Source: Geosiphon pyriformis uo1
Lineage: Eukaryota > Fungi > Glomeromycota
Length of the DNA stretch: 64,000 bases
NCBI GenBank assembly: GCA_016748015.1
Contig: JAAOMT010000134.1
Location: forward strand, 874,757-938,756
Reading direction: 5' to 3'
A program made the translations under genes and the position numbers. How positions within the stretch are numbered: position 1 is the stretch's first letter; each line of letters starts with the position of its first letter. Below the pieces are notes generated by a model. The model did no database searches. It was not told where the DNA came from and was given only the letters and a program-made list of their open reading frames with translations. This document shows, one piece after another, positions 38,963 through 52,888 of the stretch.

Positions 38963-40674
38963 ATGGTTGGGTTTTTTCGAGTTTTTGATTTTTTTAAAAA
39001 CGCAGTCGGTACTGAGTATGAGCCCATTCACCCCGAGATTAGTGACGAGGAAGAGGTTTCTCCACCAAGTGAACTGAGAAATATCTCTAATTCCCCCACC
39101 GATCGATACAACGTAGTTTATTGGATTTTTTTTTTGCAAGGCTTAGCGATGTTACTTCCTTGGAATGGTATTTTAGGGATTCTTTCTTTTTGCTCTTTTC
39201 CTTTCTTTCCTGAGTAATGATTTATCAAAACTTTTTTACAGCTTTTATTACCGCCTCAGAATTCTTTCGTGTCCAATTTACTGGTTCTCCTTACACTGCT
39301 AATTTTCAGAACTATTTTTCTATTGGATATATGACCTCCAATTTAGTGGCTTTCGCAATCGCTTTGAATACTCAGAAAAAGGTATAAAGACTTTATATCT
39401 CCAATCTTTCATGTTTCTCTTTTTTAATTATATGTATTCTCATTGCCATTTTACAGGCTAATATATTTCGACGAATAGTCATTTCGTTAGTAGTAAACGC
39501 TTTGATGTTCGCCTTAATCATAGCTTCTACCAGAAAGGTTGACAAGTTCACGTCCTCTGGTTATTTTTACTTCATCATGTCAATGATTATGATAAGCGGT
39601 ACGACAACTGCCTATCTTCAAAATGGGGTATTTGCTCTTGTCTCTCAATTTTTACCTACACACACCCAAGCTGTAATGAGGTAACTGTTACTCATATAAT
39701 TATTTTTGAGTTATTGATACCCTTCGCGATAAGCAATTAATAAAAATAAATATTTTTAGCGGGCAAGGTTTGTGAGATGTTAGTTCATCTATTGCAATAG
39801 ATTTGAACTTTTGACCTTTGACAATTTCCCTGATCATATAGGCATGGCAGGGATGACTGTCTCCGTTACTCAAATTTTCACAGCCTTAGCTACAAACTCA
39901 CCATCAATTAAAGAACCAACACTGAAGGATCTAGTTCATGGGGCTTATATATACTTTCTATTTACACTTATCATCGCAGTCGCTGCGTTAATTACTTACA
40001 ATATTCTGATTAATTTACCCCTATATCACTATTACATTACGATCAAGTCATCCGTCGTGGGTGGGTCCGGGCAAGCTGAGGCCTCCATAGATTCCCGATC
40101 CCTTTATGGTACATTCCTCAAAATCAAGAGGATGGCAATCGCTGTGGCATTTATTTTCACTGTGACCTTGAGCGTTTTTCCTTCAATTACCGCGTCTATC
40201 AAATCTGTTATGAGACCTGATCAAAGGGGAATGTTTCAGCAGGACTATTTATTCATCCCCTTGCATTTCCTTTTCTTTAATATTGGGGACTTGATAGGCA
40301 AAAACTTACCAGGAATAGATTATTTTATCGTTACAAAGCAAAAAACACTAGCTACTTTATCATTCGCTCATGTTATATTCATCCCCCTTTTTCTTGCAAG
40401 TAATGTTGATGTTGGACAATCTGGTATTAGAATGCTACCAGTATTAGTCAGCAATGATTACGTTTATTTATTCATCTTGTTAATGTTCGCAATATCAAAT
40501 GGATACTTGGGAGCATTGATGATGATGGTTGGCCCCCAAAAAGTAGCCGATAATGAAAAGGATCTCGCTGGATCAATTTTGGTGTTCTGTTTAGTAAGCG
40601 GTTTGGCGCTTGGCTCATTAATTTCTTTCCCTCTGCGAGCTATAATATGCGGATGCAACCCATTTTATAATTGA
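38963..40674 (+). CDS. Equilibrative nucleoside transporter (ENT/Fun26-like), multi-exon
   Basis: GLAMLLPWN|AFITA, AVMS-GQG-MAG, FTVTLSVFP, FNIGDLIG, SNGYLG; multiple TM helices. Confidence 0.9.
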
Positions 40675-40909
40675 AATGCTACAGGTTCAAGGTAACCTTT
40701 TCATAGTTTGCTGAGACATCAATTCAAACTCCAGTAGATTTTTTTTAAACAGATTCAAGTGTGAAAATGTGGAAATATATTTTTAAATAAAATATTATCG
40801 AAAGAATGTTATTTCGTTATTGCAAAATTATTCTTCTATTGCATCAAGTGCTCTGTCAATTGTTTTTGTACGAGATGTTAATCAAAGCGAATCTATCGTG
40901 TCTTCTACC

Positions 40910-41665
40910 CTAACGACGGTTAAACGCTGCAAGTACTTCTGCGTTAGGTGAAGCTCCATTATCCAACAACAAATTTGTCATGTCCCGGAACTGCTTTGAA
41001 GTGCTTTCTTTTAATGCTTTAGCGTTAGGTTGGGCACCATGTTCTATAAGCAATTTAGCCAACTCTAAGTTATTATTCTTTGCACTGATTACGATTGCCA
41101 AGTTGTCTTTCATGTCTACTTTTGCCTTAGCAGATAGCAATAATTTCACCATATGAGTCTGACCGAGGGCAACAGATTTCAACAATGGATAGCCCTCGGG
41201 TTCGTCTGGCGAAGCGCCCCGTTTCAGCAAGGTTTTTACTATTTCGTGGGCTTTTCCGTCACAATCTGGTGTGGCAAAAAACCGATAAGGTATGACCCGT
41301 TTAATATCGAAAGGTATTACGTTCTCAGGTTTCACCACCCCAGATTTGATTTGTTCTTGATAATATAAAGAATCTAGTTGGGACAGTATATCCTTGTTGA
41401 AAAATCTCCACTTTAGCCCACGGTATAACACTAATTTGTGATCATAGTTGTATTTATGCATAAGCCATTGGGTTTTAACGCTTGATTGAGAGGTGGCCAA
41501 CTGGTGGAACGTCTTTGAGACCAAGCAAAAATGATGATTTCCAGAGAGAATAAAAATATGTTGAAGGACTTCAAGTGGAAGCCTTTCAAAGGTTAATGAG
41601 TCTCCGGACATTTTAGAGAAATTCCATACAAAGGTTTGAGTGATCTCATTTGCAGATCCCGACAT
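40910..41665 (-). CDS. F-box-like plus ankyrin-repeat protein (single exon)
   Basis: FERLPLEVLQHIFILS...LVSKTF N-terminus; ankyrin-like units (VKTLLKRGA, MVKLLLSAKA, LAKLLIEHGA, LLLDNGA). Confidence 0.75.
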   Translation of the reverse strand: MSGSANEITQTFVWNFSKMSGDSLTFERLPLEVLQHIFILSGNHHFCLVSKTFHQLATSQSSVKTQWLMHKYNYDHKLVLYRGLKWRFFNKDILSQLDSLYYQEQIKSGVVKPENVIPFDIKRVIPYRFFATPDCDGKAHEIVKTLLKRGASPDEPEGYPLLKSVALGQTHMVKLLLSAKAKVDMKDNLAIVISAKNNNLELAKLLIEHGAQPNAKALKESTSKQFRDMTNLLLDNGASPNAEVLAAFNRR

Positions 41666-41699
41666 TGATTTTAAGTATTGTTATGTATATATTCAATAT

Positions 41700-43358
41700 T
41701 ATTTTTAAGTTTTAAATTATACCTTTAATATAAAAAATCTTTTTCATTTGTTATTAGGTTTTTTTTTAAAAATTAAAATTTTATAATTTAAATTTTATTG
41801 TTAATTAAAATTGATTTTTAATAAATTAAATTGTAAAAAATAATTAAACAATTGTAATAATAATAAATTTATTAATATTTTTTGTGTTAGTCTTTGTTTA
41901 ATGACAATATAAATAATTTAATTAATTTTAAAAATAAAATATTTTTGTTGAACTTTATTTATTATTATAAAAATCTAAATTTTAAATAAAGTTAAACATT
42001 CAAAATTAGTATTAAAAATATATTTGGCTTTTTTATTTATATAATAATATTTAAAATATTTTTTTTTGCCAATAATTTTTGTTAAATTTCTTTTTAAAAA
42101 ATATTTGTTATTAATTTTTATTTTAAAAATAATATTTTTTATGTTTATAATTATAATATTTTTTATTATTTATTCTATGTCTTTTTGGTTTATAATAATT
42201 ATACAACTTAAAAACAATAGCAAAAAAACTAAAAAATCTGTTTATTTATTAAAATTTTATAATTATATTTTTTATTTTTATTTTATTGATTTATAATATT
42301 AATTTTAACTTTTATAAATATTAAATATATTATATTAAAGTAATTTATAATTAATCTTTTAATTAGATATTTTTTTTTATGCTTTAATTAAATATAATCT
42401 AATTACTAATTATAATATAAAATATTAAAGATTTTACATAGCTATAACTTATATATTTTTTATATATAATTAATTATTTAAGCCAGTTAGGATTAAATTA
42501 AATTAAACTAAAATAAATTAGAAGTAAACTTATTTAATTTATTAATACAATTACTTAAATATAACTATTAAAAATAAAATAACTTAAAAACAATTTAATT
42601 TTTTTTATATTATTTTTTAAATTAAAAAAATAAAAAAATTATATATTCAAAAATTAATTTATTAAAAAAAATAGATTTATAATACTAATAATAATATTAT
42701 TAAATTGATTAAAATTTAATTTAATTTTAAAAAAAAACAAAGTTTTTATACAAATTAGCCAAAATTATAGCAAAATTTGAAATAGTATTATTTATTAGCT
42801 TTTATATTTAAATTTTTTCAATTATTTGCAGTTAAAAAAAGTAATTTAAATAACCAAAAAATCAATTGGTTTAACAATAAATTTAATTAAAACAGCCAAA
42901 TTAGAATTTTAAAATTCCAAAAAATTTAATTGAAAATCAACTACAAATTAATAATAATAATAATAATAAAAATAATAAAGAATATAATAATAAAAAAACC
43001 AATAATATAAAAGCTTTAATATATAATTTAACACAAATAAAAAAAAATAAAAAATCTTAAGATTACTTATACACTTAAACAAAAACTTAAAAAAAAAATA
43101 ATAATATTTTGTAATTTATAATTAAATAATTTAAACTTAAATATTATAACAACAATAATATTTAAAATTTTTTTATTAAATATAATACTTATTCAAAATA
43201 CCAGTTTCTAAAACAATAAAATTTAAAATTTTTAAAAAGTTAAAAATTATAACAATAAAACATAAATTATAATAAAAATTATAAAAATAAAATATAAATA
43301 TATAAAATTATTAATTTAAAAAATCAAATTACTAATTTTAAAAATTATTATTATTAAA
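41700..43358. repeat. AT desert at the right edge of the gene island
   Basis: Near-absence of G/C starting immediately upstream of the ankyrin gene. Confidence 0.5.
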
Positions 43359-46300
43359 GTTTTTTTTTTTTTTTTTATTTCATTTTATGAGTGAGGTTCA
43401 AACACTACCTAGAGCTACACATCAAAGAAATGATCTATACTAGGTGTGAATCATGCATTGTCTACATGTGACCAGCCATTCGGGCCGATCAAAACAACAC
43501 TATTCAGATATATAAACTGAAACTAAATTGTCTACACCAGAAAAAAATAAACATGGTTTATGAAAACCGAAACGAACGCCCACAGTCTCAGTGATGCCAA
43601 GCAGCTTGACAACACCAGCAGAAAACCCCGAAATCAGACCAGAGACTGAAACAGGTGTTGAACCATCCAACGGAATCAACTTGGTCTTCTCCATGTAAGC
43701 ACAATGCTTAGCACAAACCATCCAAACACCATTTCTAAAGGCAAGACCAAGAGAGCGCACAAACTTAACCACCTCTAATCCTGCAATTTTGGGATCACGG
43801 AACACAGAAACAGTCTTGCGAAACCAATTATTAAACACAAAACCCTTGCATAGAGCCACAAACACAGGGAAATCAAAAGCACAAGATAACAAAAGCTGCA
43901 TTACAACTAATGAGAAGAGTGACAAACCAGTAAGAGCCTTCCAAGAAGCCACATAAGAATTCAAAATCCAATTACGAGCAGAATTGTCAACCTTACAAAA
44001 GAACACATGGTCTGAAGACTCCACATCACCACAATATAAACACAACACATTAGGGTAACATTTATTATAAAGATGCTTCCTCACAGCAACAGGTAACTGG
44101 TGATGCAGAGCCTTCATGAAATAGGTACGAGCATTAGCTGAGGGCCTGCTAGTGAAGCCGGTGGCCATGTACAAGTCAGGATGCCAGACCATAAAAGAGC
44201 GGGACCAGTCAACATCAAAAAGCAAATCATCTTTTAAAAACCTAGCACCAGAACCAACTTCTCAGCGTGCACGACAAATCGATCGGCAGATATCATGAAC
44301 AAAGTGTCTCAAATTGCCCGAAACCACACCACCATCAGTCACCAGAAAATGTTCATTCAAGCGAGAATGCAGATGCCAACTGGAAAAAGAGACAATGCCA
44401 GCAATCTCATCAGCACGCTCATTACCAGAAACGCCAGAGTGACTCTTGACTTTGTGCCAACTAACTCTCAAATTTTTACTACAAATAACATTAGCGATAT
44501 GCTGACACTTGACCCAACACTGATTGCAAAAGTCAGGACACACAAGATCTATTTCTGACTTATAAGCACTCAAAGCAGACTGACTATCAGAAAACACGCG
44601 AACGGAACAGAACAAAGGGACACATTCCATGGCCAACGCAATAGTCTGCAATTCCGCAAGGGTGAATGACATCAAGCCTGATACACCAACTCCCAAACCC
44701 AAACCAATATTTTCGAAAAAAGCAGCAGCACCAGCTCTACAGCCAGCAGTACCCAAACTTCTCAAAGATCCATCTGTGTAAACAGACAAGCTACCAGAAA
44801 CGACCTGAGAAAGATGACTACAAACAGAAGCATAATCAGCAAAACCAAGAATATCTTGATAAACAGCACTATCTGAGACAAACTGATCATTAGAAAGGAG
44901 AGAAGCATCATTGAGAAACGCAGTAGCAAGCCTGAACCATTCTAGAACAGGGCTATGGGAGTCCAGCCTCTTTTACCACTTGAAGGTATACCAGTCAAAG
45001 ATGGCATCATGATGATCACAAAGTTGATCAACAAAGACAACACCAAACCATCGGAGAGAAGGAAGAAACTTGGAAAACTTAGATTCGCCCAAAACAGTAG
45101 ACATAGGTGCACTGCCACTAGACTGAAAAGAACTAACAAAAAATCCATTCAAAGACAAATTGCAGTCAAGAAAATACAGACCAAGTCTGCCAAAAAGTTG
45201 TTGGAAGCACTGATATTAACTCAAACAGGAGAATTTAATGGATAAATAGGACGCCAACACCAAACTTGCAAGTCATGAGATCTGTGAGAAAATAAGCAAC
45301 CCAAGATTCCACCAGAGTTCACAAAACTGACAAGAAAGGCCACTTTACACTTAGACTGTACCTGCGAGAAAGATTTCAAACCATAAAATGAAAAGTGGTG
45401 CAGCATATCACTGGAAAAATCAAGCGGAAGACCAGACTTAAGCTTCAAGTCCTTGCAGACCAGAGCATCCCACTTGGCACAAACACCAACCAGTATAAAA
45501 CTAAATTGTGTCTGATAACTGATTATGGGCTGGAGAACTGCTAACACCAAGTATAGGAATTGTTTATCTGAAATAGCTTTTCTCAGAACCAAATTGATGA
45601 AAAAGTGAACGTCTGAATGTGTTTTAGCCAAACTCAGCTTTGAAAGACCCTCAGTTGAAAGAAAAATACCCAGATACCAATGAGATTTCCCCTTCTTGGC
45701 AACAGAAATGGGTGAGCCGCTAATAGAAAGGGAGAAACTGCTGACTCTGCTATTGATGGGAATGGCTACTGTTTTGTCATTGTTAATAGAGATATCATTG
45801 ACCCGAAAAAATTCACTGGCGATATTGAGAATGTGCTGAGTGGCAGCTTGACTGTTACCAACCCAAATTGTATCATCGACAAAAACACCAGTGGCAAAAA
45901 AGGAAAAAAGTCCAGCCTGAGTCTCAGCACACCCATTTTTAGAGATAAAGTACGAATTCAGCCTATACCCACACACACTCTCCTGACATTTGACTTCACA
46001 CAACAAAGAATCATAGAAAATGCACCACAGAAGGGGGGAAAAAACTTCTCCCTGATCTAAGCCATCATACACATGATAACCACCAGTCAAACCAAAATCC
46101 ATCATCACTCGATTGGTGCAACTTCTGTGTATACTACCAAAAAACCGAATAAACTTGTTGTACATCTTAATCCTGACCAGGCTTTTTTCAAAATGCTCCC
46201 AGCCAACTGAATCATAAGCCTTCCTCATATCCTGCAACACCAGCCAGAGCTCACAGTTCTTTTCCAGAGCATCCTCAATTACTGAACCAATCGCAAAAAT

Positions 46301-49300
46301 AGGAGACTAAGTAGTCATACTCTTCAAAACTGAAAAATTGTTCCCATGAAGAACATTAAAAGTACTGCATGCAGTAGAAATCCTATCAGAAAGAACCTTG
46401 GAAAGAATTTTGCGAGCTGTTTTGATCAAAGCAATAGAACATGTGTTTGTCAGAACACCCTCCCACTCATAAGGCTTGGGAATCATCGAAACCCAGACCT
46501 CTTTCCATGGGCCGGGCACTAATTCACCAGCCAAGCAAGCATTCAAAAGCACCAACAACATCTCCAAGACAGACCTATCACAATGTTTCCAAAGCTCATT
46601 TGAGATACCCGACAGACTAGTAGCTTTGCCATCAGGAAGGACAGAAACCACCCCAAACAACTCATCAAAACCAATCAGACACATCACCTCTGAAAAAGCC
46701 TTATCAAAAACATACTCCAAAGGCCGATATTGGTGACATCAATTGCTTGACATATCATCAACCACCTGACACTTCCTAGTCCAACCCTCCATGATCATAT
46801 CCACCTTGCTCATAACCTGATCAGGCTCCAAAACCAGCTCACTTTCAACAACCAAGTGGTCAAGCACCACTTTATAAAATGAGTGCTCCAGCACACTCCT
46901 TATTGTATGACCTTTATTGACTTCAAAGCTTTCTATTCTCCTATCTATGATTGATCTAATGTTAGCCTCCTTGGCATTTTGAGACTCAATGAGCTTAGAT
47001 GCACGATATGATTTCCGAGTGCTTGAGAGAGCAAAAAGGATATGACCAGAGTTCATACCAGAATCCATCAGGTCCCGAATGATTAAAGTCTTAACACTGT
47101 TCAAAGAAGCCCAACAATCCATAAAAAAAGCAAAACCAACAACATCTCTCTTATGCAATGCCTTGATAATCTTAGAAACCAAAAGCTCTAATTTGTGAAA
47201 CTTCGAGGATTCCTTGGAGAAAACTCTACCAAAGTTCTTGAACCATTTTTTTTTGAAAGTACCATCAGCTGAAAGCACCATGACCTCGCAAATGATGTCC
47301 CACATCACATTCAGATCTGAGAATCTTACAGAGGTGGCAAACTTATCTGAGAACATTGCTGTGTTGACCAAAGTGGCACTTCTGAAATTGTCCCATTTAC
47401 TCTCATCAGCGTCCCTAATGTTAAACTTCTATTGATCTCTATTCATCTGCCTACGAAGAGAGTTCAAATGCATATCCAAAAGTCCACCCAAACCCACAGA
47501 CACACAAACTGCTTGATGATTAGTATCAAAATACTCACTAACATCCAAAACGTCTCGGCTCACTATCACATTGACCAAATTTGATGAAATGAACACATAA
47601 TCAATAGTTCTTACAACACCCCTTGAATTTTTCCAAATAAGACTTTTTGCCAATGAATTCCCTGCTAGAGAATTGACCATTCCCAAATCCAAACACTTCT
47701 TAAAACTAGCACACCTGTAAGAGCCATCTTTGTTGAAATCACCACCCAAAATGACAAAAGAAGACTCATTCACAGCCCTAGCTATCAGGGAATTGACTTT
47801 ACTGGCTTGAGAGAAATGGGCTGCCAGAGAAGCACCAGCATAAAGTCCCAAAATTGATACCGAAAGTTTGTTCTTAAAAAGCAACTTAATTGAGAGAAGC
47901 CAACCAGGCACCTCAGAAACCTTATACACATGGCAAGCCAGAGAATTGTCTACAACAATAGCAACACCCAAATCCAGATTACCAGAATCTTGACCTGAGG
48001 TAAAGACTCGAACACCATCAAACTTAGTTGCAATCCATGGATGGACCTTACCCTTTAGCTTGGTCTTGGTAACAATAGAAATCAAATTGTTCATATCCTT
48101 GTGCCAATGAATGACATCTTCCTGTTTTGCAGGATTGTTCATACCTCTGACATTACACGTGGCAATTTTCCAAATTAAGTGAGTTATTAAGAAGACAGGG
48201 AAACCGACAAACCCGAACCAGAGCACAGAATATTTAACTTATCCAAAACTGAACCAACTGAGACCTCCAAAGCAATCAATTTTGTTTCCAAACCATCCAC
48301 TTTGGCAGTGAGAACTTTGGAACTACTAGAGCTGAGCTCAACAACAGCATCATGAATGACGGACGGAGGAGTACCAGACGAGACCAAAGCAGAATCCATA
48401 ATCATATCAGAATTCACATTAGAAGTCAAAGTCTCAGAAACAGCAGGAAAAAGGCTCAGAGAAGGAGTCGCCACAGGAACTAAATCAATGGATTCTAGTC
48501 AAACCAAAATGCCAGAGACGCAGTCAGTCAAAAGTTCTAAAGAGTGCTCCAAAATTGCCAGCCAGTCATTTAAATGAGAAATGATAGGAGAGTCAGTTAT
48601 CATTGAAGAAAGAACCAAACCAGAATGCAAACCAGCACCAATCAAACCAGAGGAGATCACACGAGAAGAAGAGCCACCAGCAACTTGGGCCTATGTTTTA
48701 CCACCAAATAAGACTGGACAAGCAATAGGAGCCAACTTTTTCTTATATATTCCAGCTAGACAAATCCAATTTTGCTCAGAAACCACCCTTTTCTCTCAAA
48801 CACCAGAATACTCACCCAAGGAACAGTTGACCATAACATGACCAAATTGTTTACAATAAGTGCAACTGGCCAAAGAAAAACCAACCCAATGCAAACTCAC
48901 ACCTTTGAAAACTGGAACAGTACCAATAGCAGCCAATTTGGATGCCTTATTACCAAAACAAATTACAGCACATCTATCATGAACATATGAATTAGGATTA
49001 CAGCCAATGTAACAAGTCTTCCCACTGTATAATTTCAACAAACTAGAGAGGTCATGGGCATTGGTGCCAATTGGAAGAGTATAAAGCAAAGCCTGATGCT
49101 AATCTCTCGATACCCACATCTGTTTATCATCGATTGCCAAAGCCATACACACTGAATCCTTTCCCATGAAGACCGACTATTTAGAAGTGACCAGACTAGC
49201 TACTTCAGATGACTCAAATTTGACCAAGGCCTTTTGCCAAAGACCAATCAGCTGCATTTTGATTGAAACAATCTTGCCAAATTTGGAAAAGACTGACTCC

Positions 49301-50276
49301 ACTGCCAATCTGAAAAGATCCACTGGGATCTCCTTGACTATCACTTTCCAATTCAAACGAATGTTTACATTTTTGAGATTATCATTCACAATGATTTTTT
49401 CACAGATTGCCAACTCTCTGGCCTTAACCAAACTAGACTTACTTGTGAAAGTTGACCTAATGACTTCAGGAAATTTTGAGGGAGTTGAAACACCCCCAAA
49501 ACCATCAATTTTATAAAAAATCTTTTTGATCTTAAATAACTTATTACTATTTGACTTTCCAGGCACAGCTGACAACTCCATATCCAAAGCGAAAAATCTT
49601 ACTGGCTCGAAATGATGACACTCTAAACCACGTGACTTGGGCGGCAGCAACTGATTGGACCCAACAAATGTGCAAGGAGAGAGCTCCAAAACACTATTGT
49701 CATCATTTTCTAAGTTGAAAGAAGGTTGTTTCGGCGGCTTGTCTAAGACATACGTCCTCATCCTTGTCTTCCTTGGAGTAGCATCATCCATTAAGTTGTC
49801 ATTTCCAGAGGTGTTGGAATCGATGTAACTAGTTTCTTCAGCAACCAAGTTTTCCATATTCTTCAAGTCGGACACCTCGCTGATGTTGTTACTCTCGTTC
49901 TCTACTTCACTACTCCAAGATACCTTACATTCACCGCCATTAGCCAGCAACGGGTCTGTATACAAAAGTCCAGCTGAAGAATCTACCATGGTACTGGACA
50001 CGACAGGTTTTCTCACTTTCTTAAAAGAGACACCACAAGAGTAAACACTCTCAATGCGAGCCTTCTTCTTAGAGCCTGACCAGGACCCCAACCCAGTCAA
50101 AATTGAGCCCAAAACACCAGCAGAAGAGTCAGCCGGATTCATAGTCACAAATATAGGTGTGTCTAAAAAAATAGCGATGAAAACAAAAGGGAAAAGGAAT
50201 AAAGGAAATGTACTTCTTTAGCAGAATAACTTTGCTTTCGGTGTGGCCAGAGGATTGACAAGAGAAAGCCTTAACC
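43359..50276 (-). mobile_element. Near full-length LINE: 5' UTR, ORF1 (RRM-like, Zn knuckle, coiled coil), ORF2 (APE, RT, RNase H, Cys/His motif), 3' tail, poly(A); inactivated by nonsense mutations
   Basis: ORF1 ~50142-48187. ORF2 has IATCNVRG, ILGGDFN, TIDYVF, LQDMRKAYDSV, GLDQGEVFSPLL, FVDD, VYTDGS, AELQTI, HSGVSGNERADEIA, CLYCGDVESSDHVFFC. T-run on the + strand at ~43359-43377. Confidence 0.95.
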
Positions 50277-51066
50277 AAAAAAAAATTTAAAGTTTTTTTG
50301 TTTTTTTTTTATGTTATTAATATTATTTTATTGTTAATTTTATTGTTAATAAAAACTAATAAATCTTTAATAAGCTAATTAATCTTTCAAAATATTTTTC
50401 TATATTTTAGACTATATTTACTATTAAATTTATAATAAAATAGCCAATTTTATACTAATTACTTTATATAGTTATTTTGCAATAAAAGTTAACTTTTTTA
50501 CAAAAAATTTTATTTGTAAACTTTTCAAATAATATGTAGTTATTTTGCTATAAAAGTTTGTTTTTTTACAAAAAATTTTAATTGACTACTTAATAATATT
50601 AAAAAGATAAAAATTAAAAAAAATTAAAAAATTAAAAAAATATATTTAAAAAAATTGGTTTAAATTTAGGTTTAAAAGTTTTAATAATTATTAAAATTGA
50701 TAGTTAATTAATTTTAATTTGTTAATTTAGAATAAATAATTTTAAAATAGTAATAATTAGAGTAATTTGTAGTAACCAATTATTACTTCTAATAAAAATA
50801 TTTCTAGTTAAGATATATTTTCTTAAAAAAAGTTTTTTTTTTATAATTTATTATAATACTATTTTATAATTTAACATTTTTTTTTCTTAATATTTTGGTT
50901 AATTAAAGATATATTTTATTAAACTATAAATTATTTTTGGAAATTATTAATTATTTTAATAAACTGTTAAAAATTTTGTCAAAATTTTAAATATTATATT
51001 GTTTGAAATATTACATAATTTAATCATTATAATTTAGTTATATTTGTGTTCTGTATAAATTAAGTT

Positions 51067-52888
51067 ATGACTGGTATGGTTCGCATTTTCCTTGATTGCA
51101 ATTTGTCTTTGGGTGGCTCTTTGGCCAGTGCTTTTCAGTTTCATGACAGGGTTCTTATGTCTGTTATTCTTGGCGAGTCTTTATTTTTTAAGTTTTTACC
51201 TTCTTTCCAGCATTTTGGTATTGCCTTTGTGGATCAACTTCATAATCATTATGGTGTTGTTTTTAGCTAGTGTACCTTTAAGTGGTGGAAGAAGCTGAAC
51301 TCTCATGGCCTGGTTCCTGAATGGTTCGATCTTTCTATTGCATTTCTTATGGCTTCTCATTCATCTTCTACAGTCTCAGTTGGTGCTGGTCCTCTTAACT
51401 TTTGTGAGTCTAATAATTTTGTGGCTGCTCATGGTCATCTTTCCCAGATTGACATCAATAGTTTGTCTGTATATACAGATAATTTTTTGAAGTATTTGGG
51501 CACAGCTGATTGTAGAGCTGGGGCTGCTGTTTTTTTTGAGAACATTGATTTGGGTTTGGGTATCAGTGTTCAGGGTTTAGTGTCATTTACTTTAGCAAAA
51601 TTACAGACTATAGCATTGGCTTTGGAGTGCATGCTTGCAGCTTGTTTTGTTAATTTGTTTTCAGATAGTCAAGTGGTTTTAGATGCTTGTAGGTCTGAAT
51701 TAAGCTTGATGTGTTCTGACTTTTGCAATCAATGTTGGGTTGAGCATCGGCATATTTGGAATGTTATTCACAGTAAGAATTTGAGAGTTAGTTGGCACAA
51801 AGTCAAAAGCCACTTTGGCATTTTAGGGAATGACCACGCTAATAGCATTGCTGATGCTGCATCTCTATCTGGGTGGTATTTTCCTTCTTGCATGGATAGA
51901 CACTTTTTGTTGGCAGATGGTGGTGTTGTTTCTGGTAATTTTAGACACTTTGTTCGAGATGTTTGTCATGTAGTTTGTCGTGCATGCTGGGAGGTCGGTT
52001 CTGGTTTTGGATTTCTAGCTAGTAGTTTGTGTTTAGATGTTAACTGGCTCAGTTCTTCTAGGGTTTGGCATCCTGATTTGCATATGGCTGCTGGTTTTAC
52101 TAGCAGGCTCATAGCTGATACTCGCACTTATCTTATAAAGGCTTTGCATCATTGGCTTTCTGTGACTGTTCAGAAGCGTATTTACAATAAATGTTACCCT
52201 AGTGTTCTGTGTCTGTATTGTGGTGAGGTGGAGGTTTCTGATCATGTGTTTTCTTGTGTGGCTGATAATTCGGCTTGTTGTCAGGTTCTGGAATCCTGCA
52301 TGTCTTCTTGGAAGTTACTTTCTGGGCTCTTTCTTCCCTCTTCAATTGTGTTGCAGTTTATGTCAACCTGTGCTTTGGATTTGCTGGTTTCCTCAGCTCT
52401 TTACAAGGGTTTTGTTTTCGATGGATGGCTTCAGGAGACTGTTACTGTCTTCCATGATCCCAAAGTTGCTGGTGTTAAAATTACTGATTTTATGCGCTCT
52501 CTATGCTCTGTTTTTAGGAATAATATTTGGTTGGTTCATACCAAGCATCGTGCTTTTATGAAAAAGAATGGCCTGATCCCAGCAAACAGATCAATTCCCA
52601 TCTCAGTTTTTGGTTCAGTTTCGAAGTTGTTGCCTGGTGTGATTAAATTGCTTGGTGTTACTAAAGCCTTTGGCATCTTTTTTGGCTTTCACAAGTCTTG
52701 TTCATTTTTTTCGGATATTGGTAACATGGTTTCTGTTAATATAGTTGTATAGTGTTGTCCTGACTGGCTTGAATAACTGGTCACATGTAGTTAAGTGCAT
52801 GATTTATGCCTAGTTTAGATCATTTCATTGATGTATTGTTCTAGGTAGTATTTGGACCTCACTTATTAAATGTAATAAAAAAAAAAAA
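51067..52888 (+). mobile_element. 5'-truncated LINE (RNase H plus C-terminus; 467-aa open segment) with 3' tail and poly(A)
   Basis: ORF 51349-52752 is homologous to 43500-44789; shared tail 52750-52875; A-run to 52888. Confidence 0.9.

Noticed and set aside
42066-42296. F/I/K/L-rich ORFs in AT deserts (also 54154-54345)
   Set aside because: Compositional artefacts
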